The notes under the pieces: generated by a model | Databases searched by the model: none | The model's input: the letters and a program-made list of their open reading frames with translations, nothing else | Told to the model about the DNA's origin: nothing | Part shown: positions 9,189 through 17,346 of the stretch, piece after piece | How the letters are laid out: each line of letters opens with the position of its first letter | Numbering within the stretch: the first letter of the stretch is position 1 | Made by a program: the position numbers and the translations under genes | Source: a virus | Length of the DNA stretch: 64,000 nucleotides | Virus record (IMG/VR): IMGVR_UViG_3300042261_000868 | Coordinates: 1 to 64,000 of that record | Direction: 5' to 3' (one strand)

Positions 9189-9970
9189 TACATAATCCCA
9201 GCCATCCAGCGCCAACTCTTTATATATGCTTCTAATTCCGTTTTAGACATATTTTTTACCTTAATCCATTCCTGTTCATTTTTCTGATAATAAGGGTGTG
9301 AACCATTAGAACTATTCAAACTAGACCCATGATGTAAATGTATTAAACCACCCGAGCATCTTCCAATCTTTAACCCAAGCTTTGTCGCTCTCTCATATCT
9401 CTCATTATCTTCATAACCCCATGAAACGAAATTCTCGTTCTCAAGACCCACCTTAAAGAATTTGTCCTTTGACCAGAAAACAGCCCCACCAACTGAATCT
9501 GCGGCTGGACGAAGGTTTCTACACATTGATGAATCAATAAAAGTAATAGAGTTTGTTTCTTTTACTCTATCAATGAAAGTTGGATGTAAGTCAAGGAAAT
9601 TACCGTCATAAGGATAAACAACATCTTTTTCACCAGATCGAATACTTTCTACTGCTTTAATGTAATTATCAATCGGTAGTAACACATCACAATCATAATT
9701 AACTATAATTGGGGTTGTTGTTTGCTTAGCCATATAATTTAACATCATGGTTCTATGGAAAAGTAGACTCTCTGTTTTCATAAAAATATACTTACAAGTA
9801 ATACCTTCAACATGTTGTTTAACTTTCTGTTCTCTATCCATTTCGCTAATCATAATATTTGTATTGAAATTCTTTCTTAGATAATCAATGCAAATCTTTA
9901 GGTTTCTAACTCTATCTGGTTGGTCTATTTTTACTGGAATAGTAAAAGTGACATCTGTTAAATCATGCAT
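9188..9970 (-). CDS. GT2/GT7C-like glycosyltransferase (paralog of 8091-9188)
   Basis: Start ATG 9970 (MHDLTDVTFTIP); YDCDVLL, GGAVF, ENENFVSWGYEDNE, LIHLHH. Confidence 0.82.
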   Translation of the reverse strand: MHDLTDVTFTIPVKIDQPDRVRNLKICIDYLRKNFNTNIMISEMDREQKVKQHVEGITCKYIFMKTESLLFHRTMMLNYMAKQTTTPIIVNYDCDVLLPIDNYIKAVESIRSGEKDVVYPYDGNFLDLHPTFIDRVKETNSITFIDSSMCRNLRPAADSVGGAVFWSKDKFFKVGLENENFVSWGYEDNERYERATKLGLKIGRCSGGLIHLHHGSSLNSSNGSHPYYQKNEQEWIKVKNMSKTELEAYIKSWRWMAGIM

Positions 9971-10691
9971 AGGTATACTCCACTGTGTTGAAAGGAACAT
10001 GGATTTTATTTATGGGTGCATGAAATATTTTTGCATTGTAATCTATATACTTTTGTTTATCTGATTGATTAATACAAGATTCCGAATGAATCCAATCAAT
10101 ATAATCCGAAGTTTCCATAACATGGACATGATAATTAGGATACATTTTTGCAAATGCACATCTTCTGGTGTAATCTGCATGTTCATAACCATACATCTTA
10201 TATCTTAGATCAAATCCACCCACGGCTTCAATGCATTTCTTTGACATAACCATAAGAACACCATTAACATACGCCCCTGTTATACCTAATTGGATACCCT
10301 CTGGATACTGAAGAATCTTTTGTATGTGTTTCCTATAATCGGAGACTATGTAATTGAAATGCTGCATATTAGTAACTCGTATTGCTTTTATGTAAGCATC
10401 TATCCAACCCTCTTTTTTATAAGTAATATCATCTTCGCTTATGAAAACATAATCACAGTCACTTAAATGTTTTATTAGTCTATTTTTATTAACTGGAATT
10501 CCACCATTAGGGCCGTATATGAGTCCAAAATTATCTTTAATCCATCCATAACCACTTAGATTTGTGTCATCTACACTACATATAGTCTTAATGTCATATT
10601 TTTGTCTATCTATAGTATTTAAAATGTCCTTGCAAACTTGAGTAGCCAATTCTGGTCTATTATACGAGCAAACACCTATGCCTATTTTCAT
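9963..10691 (-). CDS. GT2-family glycosyltransferase
   Basis: IGVCSYNRP, VDD, NGGIPVNKN, FISEDD, VGGFD...YGYEHADY. Confidence 0.82.
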   Translation of the reverse strand: MKIGIGVCSYNRPELATQVCKDILNTIDRQKYDIKTICSVDDTNLSGYGWIKDNFGLIYGPNGGIPVNKNRLIKHLSDCDYVFISEDDITYKKEGWIDAYIKAIRVTNMQHFNYIVSDYRKHIQKILQYPEGIQLGITGAYVNGVLMVMSKKCIEAVGGFDLRYKMYGYEHADYTRRCAFAKMYPNYHVHVMETSDYIDWIHSESCINQSDKQKYIDYNAKIFHAPINKIHVPFNTVEYTYA

Positions 10692-10712
10692 AATAACCCC
10701 TTATACCATAAT

Positions 10713-10721
10713 ATTATATCA
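10713..10721 (-). promoter_or_regulatory. Extended -10 promoter (TGATATAAT) for the minus-strand GT operon
   Basis: Plus strand reads attatatca, about 22 bp upstream of the ATG at 10691. Confidence 0.45.
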
Positions 10722-10726
10722 TTTCC

Positions 10727-10734
10727 TATAAATA
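10727..10734 (+). promoter_or_regulatory. T4-type late promoter TATAAATA
   Basis: Exact match upstream of the transglycosylase gene, though in very AT-rich DNA. Confidence 0.45.
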
Positions 10735-10797
10735 TTTTTTTTAAAAATAATATTTACTTTTAAAAAAAAATCAGTACAATGGTTGCCTGGAGAATTT

Positions 10798-11439
10798 ATG
10801 CTTAAAAATCTCACTATGATAGCTTTAATGTTATGCTCAAGTCTCATTTTCGCTTCTTGGGCTAAACCAGAGAAGCAACCAGAGGTATTTCACCCTATTC
10901 AAGACACCCCATACTCTGAAATTCGGTTTCTCAGGGATGCATATATCTTTAGGGTAAAAAACAAATTGCCTATTCCAGATTTTTATTACGATAAACTTAA
11001 TATTGATAATCCAAACACACCAAGTTGGGCCAAAAAACCCGCACAGGAACCTCTTGTTCCAGAAAGAGTCTCTCCTATCCCTGAGTGGATACTTATTGGT
11101 ATCCTTATGCGAGAAACAAGGTCTTATTATGATACAGATGGAAATATTGTTTTTATAGATAGAGCAATTGGTTCATCTGGAGAAAGAGGTCCATTTCAGT
11201 TAACCCCAATTGCATTTAAACAAATAAAGAAAAAAGGAGAAACCCACAAAAGAGTTATGTGGGATATGGTATATGCCCAAGATTTAACCGAAAGATACTT
11301 AATGTGGCTTTATAATGGTCCAGCAAAAAAGAATTGGGATATTGCAATCCGTATGTATAACGGCGGTCCATCTAGATATAGACTCCGCGCCACTTTAAAG
11401 TATTTAAAGGATGTTAAAAGGGTAGGTAATAAAAATTAA
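10798..11439 (+). CDS. Lytic transglycosylase (SLT/lysozyme-like) with N-terminal signal peptide
   Basis: GGAG RBS then ATG 10798; hydrophobic leader MLKNLTMIALMLCSSLIFASWA; GILMRETRS (catalytic E), GERGPFQL, AIRMYNGGP. Confidence 0.72.
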   Translation: MLKNLTMIALMLCSSLIFASWAKPEKQPEVFHPIQDTPYSEIRFLRDAYIFRVKNKLPIPDFYYDKLNIDNPNTPSWAKKPAQEPLVPERVSPIPEWILIGILMRETRSYYDTDGNIVFIDRAIGSSGERGPFQLTPIAFKQIKKKGETHKRVMWDMVYAQDLTERYLMWLYNGPAKKNWDIAIRMYNGGPSRYRLRATLKYLKDVKRVGNKN

Positions 11440-11449
11440 GTTCCTCCGT

Positions 11450-11457
11450 TATAAATA
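11450..11457 (+). promoter_or_regulatory. T4-type late promoter TATAAATA
   Basis: Exact match, followed by AAGGAG RBS and ATG 11484. Confidence 0.7.
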
Positions 11458-11483
11458 CATTTATAAGGTCAAGGAGAAATATT

Positions 11484-12140
11484 ATGTCTTATAACGATGA
11501 CGCAAAAATGAAGCTTCTTAAAGAGGCATGGCAGAAGATGGAAGAAGGCGATATTACATATAACGCCAAGAAAACCCCTGCCCCAGAAGGTCTTAAGGGA
11601 ACTAAGGCAACTGGAACCGCTGTTCCACAAGGTCCTGGTGCAAGAGCAACCGTTGCAAAAGCAACCTCTGGAGCTGAGAATCTCGCAGAAGGTGAAGAGG
11701 AAGATACTGGCGCTCCCGCTGGTGCTGCTGATATTGGTGCTGGCGATGCTGGTGCCGTTGATGCTGATGCTGCAATGGATGGCATTGACACCGATCCAGC
11801 AATGGGCGACCCAGCAGCCGCAGTTGGCTCCCCATGGGACCAGCTTGTTGCCGCAGTTGAACAGATGAAAGCCGCTCTTGAGGCAATTGCTGCCGAAGAG
11901 TCGGGCGAAGCCGAACATATGGGTGACGAAGATTTAGGCGCAGAAGGTGATGTTGATATGGACGGTGAAGAACCACCTATCGCAGAAGTCGCTGCTGGCT
12001 ACCTTGAAGAAGCCAAGAAAGTCATGGAGAAGAAAGCCAAGGCTGTCAAGACTGTCAAGGAAGAGAAGAAAGAAGGAGCCAAGACTGCTCCAAAAGCTTT
12101 CGGTGGAAAGCAAGCTCCTCCATTCGTCAAGAAGAAATAA
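11484..12140 (+). CDS. Acidic Ala/Gly-rich late protein with basic C-terminal tail (candidate head core/internal protein)
   Basis: Late promoter, strong RBS and own terminator; D/E/A/G-rich middle, Lys-rich end; LKE and LEE possible prohead-protease sites. Confidence 0.6.
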   Translation: MSYNDDAKMKLLKEAWQKMEEGDITYNAKKTPAPEGLKGTKATGTAVPQGPGARATVAKATSGAENLAEGEEEDTGAPAGAADIGAGDAGAVDADAAMDGIDTDPAMGDPAAAVGSPWDQLVAAVEQMKAALEAIAAEESGEAEHMGDEDLGAEGDVDMDGEEPPIAEVAAGYLEEAKKVMEKKAKAVKTVKEEKKEGAKTAPKAFGGKQAPPFVKKK

Positions 12141-12165
12141 TTAAGTAATCCCGTTATAGGATAAG

Positions 12166-12199
12166 TAAAGGTGTGGCATTTGTCACACCTTTATTTTTT
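12166..12199 (+). terminator. Intrinsic terminator
   Basis: taaaggtgtggca-tt-tgtcacaccttta followed by a T-tract. Confidence 0.8.
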
Positions 12200-12206
12200 G
12201 GTATTT

Positions 12207-12231
12207 TGGTATAATACTTAAAGTATAAATA
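12207..12231 (+). promoter_or_regulatory. Tandem promoters: extended -10 (TGGTATAAT) and late TATAAATA
   Basis: TGGTATAAT 12207-12215 and TATAAATA 12224-12231 before ATG 12252. Confidence 0.6.
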
Positions 12232-12251
12232 AGGTATCAAGGGACAACATT

Positions 12252-15200
12252 ATGATGATATTAGAAAGTGGATCTGTTGCAAAAGACAGAATTTTACAAG
12301 ACGATATAGTTAATGCTTTTAATACTGTATTAGAGATAGTTTCCTTTCTAAAAACAAACGGTTTAATAAAAGAAGACCCTCAATTCAATCTTGGTTCAAC
12401 TAAGATTGCCTATAGAATTTTCCAAAAGAAACTCAATAAGGTTATTGATGATATTGATAATGAAGACCTTAATAAAGCAGAATTAAAGAGACTTGAGGAT
12501 GGTTTTGGTGACTTAGACATTGATATTGTTTTGGTAGACGGAGTAACTCTTGATGATGTTGAGACAAAAATAACAGAGAAGTTTGGAGATAAGATTTGGA
12601 AAGTAGCGCCGAAGGGAGAAAGAGCACCAGGACAACTTCATTACGGCTTCAAAATAGGAAATAAAGTTCACCAAGTTGACTTTGTGGAACTTAAGGGTGA
12701 AGAGGATAGAAAAGTCAGAGAGTATTTCAGTGGTAGTAGTGCCACGGATGAAGCCCATGGTATCAAAGGACTCTTCAACAAAGAGATGCATTATGCTCTT
12801 TCCAATATGGTTGAACCAAACGCTATTATCAATACCTTTGCTAAAAAAGAAGGAAAACCATTCAACGATAAAGCCAAGGAATATGATATCCTTGAGAAAA
12901 AGGAACTCGCGTTTTTTACTCAAGAAATCAAAGACGAGAAAATCAGCAAAAATTATGTTGTGCAAGTTGAAGGTAAAAAATATCCAGTAGTCGCATCGAC
13001 CAAAGGCAAACTCAAGCTAGGTGGGGAAATCACCGATGAAGAAAACATTGATGTGACCCCTTCTATGGAAATAGAAGCTGCTAAAGCTTCTTTCGTGATC
13101 ATAACCAGAAGAAAAGTGAGTTTAATTGAGTCTAAATTACAAGAGAAATATGGTATCACCTTTCGTCTCTATCTCTACCGCCAGAAATTCAAAGAATCTG
13201 AAGGAAAAGTTAAAACATCTCTTGAAGCGGCACCTAAGAAGGTAGTTCTTGATTATATTCCGCTTTCAGAACCAGATAGTGTCATTAAGGTACTTTTAGG
13301 TGACAAAGCAACCACCAATGAACTTTTCAGCGCCGTAGAGACTGCTAAGTATATTGGCAAGAACTTCGCTGACGATGAGAAACTTGAGTTTTGGGATATG
13401 TTCGTTGAGCAGGCTATCGAGAAGAGAAATAAACCCCGTGTGGACAGAAAAACAAGACAACCAGTTTTAAACCCAGACACGGGAAAACCAGAAATAGTCG
13501 GACAAGTTGATGAAAAGAAATACGATGCCTCTATGAGACTCTTGGGTAAATTTATTGGAATGGATAAGATTCTTGGTGATGATTTTTATGTACTTCCAAA
13601 ATCAGACACTTCTGAAGTTGATGGGGTTATTAAAGAAACTTATAACTCTCTTGTCTTTAATGAAGCAGAATCTATTCGTACTGGCATTGGTCGCTTTGAT
13701 GGAACGGGTAAAGTTTCTGGTGATGATTTCCTCAAAGCACTCAAGGCACTTTACCCATATGTTAAGGAAGACGGTTCCCTACATCCAAACGAAGCACCAA
13801 ATATTGATATCGTAGAGAAGGTTGACTCTTCTTTTTGTCACTTCGGAGTAAATAAAGAAGGTAAATTCTTCCTTGCCTCAAGCAATAGTGGAGAAGTAAC
13901 CGAAGAAAACTTTGAACACAAATTTAAGAATAACCCAGACTTCCTTGAATCTTTCAGATTCCTCAAGGACCACAAGTTACTTCATGTTGTTTTAAAGAAC
14001 ATTTCCAAGGAAATTGGTAAACCCGTTAAGTTTGAAGCGGAGATATTACCTATTCTTACTTATACACCAGACGAAGCGGGTAATGTTACCTTCGTTGGTA
14101 CGAAGTATTCAAAGGAGAAACTTGGTGAAAAAGGTGCCTTTGTGGTGTTCAAAGCACAAGTGTATGAAGGCGATGAATGGATCAGAATCCCATCAAGACA
14201 TCAAAAGAAAATGATTTCCGATGTTGTTGATGCTGATAGTAAGGAATGGAGAATTCTTTCTAATGATGTTCATATGAAAGTTAACCAAGATGTGAATTTT
14301 GGTGTAGACTTTAATCAACTTGACAAGTACCTTGGCACCGATAGTGGCTTTAAGAATCTTCAAGACCTCATGGATGCTAAAATGACTCCAGAGAAGCGTA
14401 GAGTTAAGGAGATATTGAGTGACATAAGAGCAAAGATGCAAGTTGCTCTTGATGGTCTTTCAAATTCATTAACTTCTAATATAGGTAATGATTTTATTGA
14501 GGGAGTCGTTCTTCGCATTAAAGATGAGGACGGACAAGTAATGGAAATCAAGGGAACTTCCGAGAAGTTCTCCAAGAATAAGGAAACACTTTGGAAGCAC
14601 CGCGACCAACTTGAGGAACTTTATGATAATTTCAAGAATTCTATAAAGACTAATGTATTACACCTCAAGCTTACTACAGATCGATCCATTAACCAAACAT
14701 TCCTTGATACTCTTCAAGAATTTGACGCAAGGGGAACTTCTAAGGAAGAAGTTACTGAAAAATTCATGGTAGCAGTTATCAATAAGTTAATTGATAAAAA
14801 TGCCGATTTCTCAAATGTCAAGAAGGACGCTGTTAAAATCGTAAGAGAATATAAAGGTTCTTTAAATGGTCTTAAGCAAGACTTTAAAGCAAATGCAGAA
14901 TCGTTTGATGTTAACTCTGCTAGAAAAACCAAAGAAGCATTTAGTATCTATGGGGATAAATTTGAAACACTCTTTAATATATTATTAACTGAGAGTGACA
15001 ATGACCTCAAATATGTTTTAGATTGCTTCAATGCTATCTATGAGGGTAAAGCAAAGAACCTTTTGGGTACTTTAGAACCAGAAACCGATATACAAACCAA
15101 GAAATGCGCCCTTTGGGTGGGTCGTGCTCAACCTTGGCACAAAGGTCATGATGCAATGGTTAAAATTGGACTCAATAAGGCAGAAGTTGTTTTCGTGGTT

Positions 15201-17045
15201 ATCGTTAAGGGCACAGAGTCGGGTCAAAACCAAGATAAGAATCCAATGAGTGCAGAAACCCAAAAGGAACTTATAAGGTCACTTTATCCAAATGGGGAAG
15301 TTATTGTTTGTGATAACCACCCAACTAAAGCAAGTTTACCTTTCATAATGGTAGAGTTAGACAAGCAAGGATTGGAAGCGGTTGCTTGGTTAGTTGGCGA
15401 AGATAGAAAAGAAGCCTACAAAGGTGAAATAACAAGATTCAATTTTAGTCAGTGGAGTCAAGGACATAAGTATGTTCCAGTTAGACCAAACATCGAATTT
15501 GTTATAACCCCTCGCCTCGCTAGTGCAACTGATGCGAGAGAGATGGCAAAACAAGTCCCTTTTGAGGAGTGGGTGAAAAACTTTGCTCCAGAAGGTTTAT
15601 CTAATGCTGGTAGAAACGCATATAAGAAGGCATATGCAGAGATTCGCGGTCCAGTTGAAGAGGAAACCCGTAATCAAATACTAGAAAACTTTAAAAAAGA
15701 AAAAGACAGCAAAAAAAAAGTTAAGTCAGTAGAACCCTCAATTGAGGACACCCCAGACGATGAACAACCAGATTCACTTGAGAAACCAGAAGTTACTGTT
15801 AAACCAGAAGAAAAAGAATTATATTTTACTAACAAGGAAACTTTGGCGATTGAATTGAGAAGTCTTTTAAACATTTTTGATAATAAAAAAACAGGCATTC
15901 CAGAAGAAACAATAAAAACAGAATTGTCAAAATTTAATGACCCAAATTTTGCCCCATCTTTTTCCCCAGAATTAAAAGAAGCAATAAAATTAATTCTTGA
16001 ATCAATTGAAATACCCATCATTGAAGAAAACCCAGATAAAGAGTTACCAGAAGTTTCGTTAGAGGAAAAAAGATTCTTAGAACAATATTTTGCTGAAATA
16101 ATCGCACCATTAGCACTTAAATATCCTAACCTAATAACTAATAAGGACAGATATGATGAAATAAGCACTACTGTCGGATATGATTGGATCAGCACAAAGG
16201 CAATTAAGTATCCCAAAGATGTATCAAATAATTTATATGATTCTATTTTGATTGGTGACTTTAATCATATGTTAATTTCATCAAAGAATAGTTCAAGTGG
16301 CGCTGCGGCTAGTATTAATACCCTTTACAAATCATTTAATGAACTAGATAAAGAAAATTTAAACCCAGAATATGTAGAAGAACACGCCATAGAAAATAAA
16401 GAAACGAAACATTCGGCTTTAGAAATTATTAATGAATTATTAAATAAACCAAAAACAGAGATTCCATTAAAAGAGTCTACACTTACTGAAAAAAGATTAA
16501 TTACTAGTCAAACTCTATGGGCATATAGTGCATTAGTTCTCGCTAAGTTTACTATAGGCGGATTTACCGACCAAACAAAAAATGACATAGAACATATTTT
16601 AGATTTTGTTCGTAAAACTGTTGGAAACAATAAAATAAACGATTACGAAATCGGAAGAAAAAAACTCTGGGATATTTTGAAAGTTTTGCCAGAGAAGCAA
16701 CTTGTTATGAAAATTAGAGAAAGTCTAAATAGAAAAGATGATGGTATTGGATATGTCTACGGTGTAATTAGTGTAATATCATATTATGCCGCCAATAAAC
16801 TTTCCGAGTCTACATTAGCTAAACCAATCTCTAATTTATTAAGGGAGTTATTAACGAAGTCAAGCATTATGCAGATGAATGCAACGTATGAAAATAATGT
16901 TTTAAAATTTAAGTTAATTCACCCATTGACAATTAAAGAAGGTTTGATAAAATTAGACGGTGGACACAATTATTTCCGTGCCAGTTCTAAATCTGGACAC
17001 AGATCAAGTCCTTCTGGCGGTATTGCTTTTAAATTACCAAATTGA
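12252..17045 (+). CDS. Multidomain protein: Pol-beta-type NTase + ATP-grasp RNA/DNA ligase-like NTase + HxGH (NMNAT/cytidylyltransferase-like) NTase + possible PD-(D/E)XK domain
   Basis: LGS...GDLDID...QVDF (aa ~47-145); EKVDS, FEAEIL, FVVF, IEGVVLR, EIKG (aa ~520-770); GRAQPWHKGH, KNPMS, VGEDR, SATDAR (aa ~955-1100); EIIAP...NNLYDS...ISSK (aa ~1280-1345). Confidence 0.75.
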   Translation: MMILESGSVAKDRILQDDIVNAFNTVLEIVSFLKTNGLIKEDPQFNLGSTKIAYRIFQKKLNKVIDDIDNEDLNKAELKRLEDGFGDLDIDIVLVDGVTLDDVETKITEKFGDKIWKVAPKGERAPGQLHYGFKIGNKVHQVDFVELKGEEDRKVREYFSGSSATDEAHGIKGLFNKEMHYALSNMVEPNAIINTFAKKEGKPFNDKAKEYDILEKKELAFFTQEIKDEKISKNYVVQVEGKKYPVVASTKGKLKLGGEITDEENIDVTPSMEIEAAKASFVIITRRKVSLIESKLQEKYGITFRLYLYRQKFKESEGKVKTSLEAAPKKVVLDYIPLSEPDSVIKVLLGDKATTNELFSAVETAKYIGKNFADDEKLEFWDMFVEQAIEKRNKPRVDRKTRQPVLNPDTGKPEIVGQVDEKKYDASMRLLGKFIGMDKILGDDFYVLPKSDTSEVDGVIKETYNSLVFNEAESIRTGIGRFDGTGKVSGDDFLKALKALYPYVKEDGSLHPNEAPNIDIVEKVDSSFCHFGVNKEGKFFLASSNSGEVTEENFEHKFKNNPDFLESFRFLKDHKLLHVVLKNISKEIGKPVKFEAEILPILTYTPDEAGNVTFVGTKYSKEKLGEKGAFVVFKAQVYEGDEWIRIPSRHQKKMISDVVDADSKEWRILSNDVHMKVNQDVNFGVDFNQLDKYLGTDSGFKNLQDLMDAKMTPEKRRVKEILSDIRAKMQVALDGLSNSLTSNIGNDFIEGVVLRIKDEDGQVMEIKGTSEKFSKNKETLWKHRDQLEELYDNFKNSIKTNVLHLKLTTDRSINQTFLDTLQEFDARGTSKEEVTEKFMVAVINKLIDKNADFSNVKKDAVKIVREYKGSLNGLKQDFKANAESFDVNSARKTKEAFSIYGDKFETLFNILLTESDNDLKYVLDCFNAIYEGKAKNLLGTLEPETDIQTKKCALWVGRAQPWHKGHDAMVKIGLNKAEVVFVVIVKGTESGQNQDKNPMSAETQKELIRSLYPNGEVIVCDNHPTKASLPFIMVELDKQGLEAVAWLVGEDRKEAYKGEITRFNFSQWSQGHKYVPVRPNIEFVITPRLASATDAREMAKQVPFEEWVKNFAPEGLSNAGRNAYKKAYAEIRGPVEEETRNQILENFKKEKDSKKKVKSVEPSIEDTPDDEQPDSLEKPEVTVKPEEKELYFTNKETLAIELRSLLNIFDNKKTGIPEETIKTELSKFNDPNFAPSFSPELKEAIKLILESIEIPIIEENPDKELPEVSLEEKRFLEQYFAEIIAPLALKYPNLITNKDRYDEISTTVGYDWISTKAIKYPKDVSNNLYDSILIGDFNHMLISSKNSSSGAAASINTLYKSFNELDKENLNPEYVEEHAIENKETKHSALEIINELLNKPKTEIPLKESTLTEKRLITSQTLWAYSALVLAKFTIGGFTDQTKNDIEHILDFVRKTVGNNKINDYEIGRKKLWDILKVLPEKQLVMKIRESLNRKDDGIGYVYGVISVISYYAANKLSESTLAKPISNLLRELLTKSSIMQMNATYENNVLKFKLIHPLTIKEGLIKLDGGHNYFRASSKSGHRSSPSGGIAFKLPN

Positions 17046-17052
17046 GGTTAAT

Positions 17053-17211
17053 ATGAAAATTAGAAGATATAGAAATGGTGTTTTGGTTTCGGAAGAGGTT
17101 TCTAACACACCCGCACCAACACCCACACCAACAGAGTCACCACAAAAACAAAAGACTCAAATCCCAACTGCACCTAAGAAGGATTGCGGTTGCGGAAAAA
17201 AGAAACCGTAA
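17053..17211 (+). CDS. Small Pro/Thr-rich protein ending in a CGCGKK motif
   Basis: GAGG RBS then ATG 17053; MKIRRYRNG...PAPTPTPT...DCGCGKKKP. Confidence 0.6.
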   Translation: MKIRRYRNGVLVSEEVSNTPAPTPTPTESPQKQKTQIPTAPKKDCGCGKKKP

Positions 17212-17346
17212 TTTTTGGCAATTGATTTTTCAGACTGAGTTGATAAAATTAACTCAGAAAGAAATTATTTATAGCAATTGATCCTAGCACTCACTTGTAA
17301 AAATTTAATAAAAATTCAATAAATACACTAACCGAATTAGGAGGTA

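Noticed and set aside
11469-12144. Several overlapping ORFs on other frames and strands
   Set aside because: By-products of the GC-richer low-complexity 11484-12140 gene, which alone has a promoter, RBS and terminator
17212-17346. NrdR box or cobalamin riboswitch upstream of nrdJ
   Set aside because: No NrdR palindrome match; region too short and AT-rich, with no B12-box
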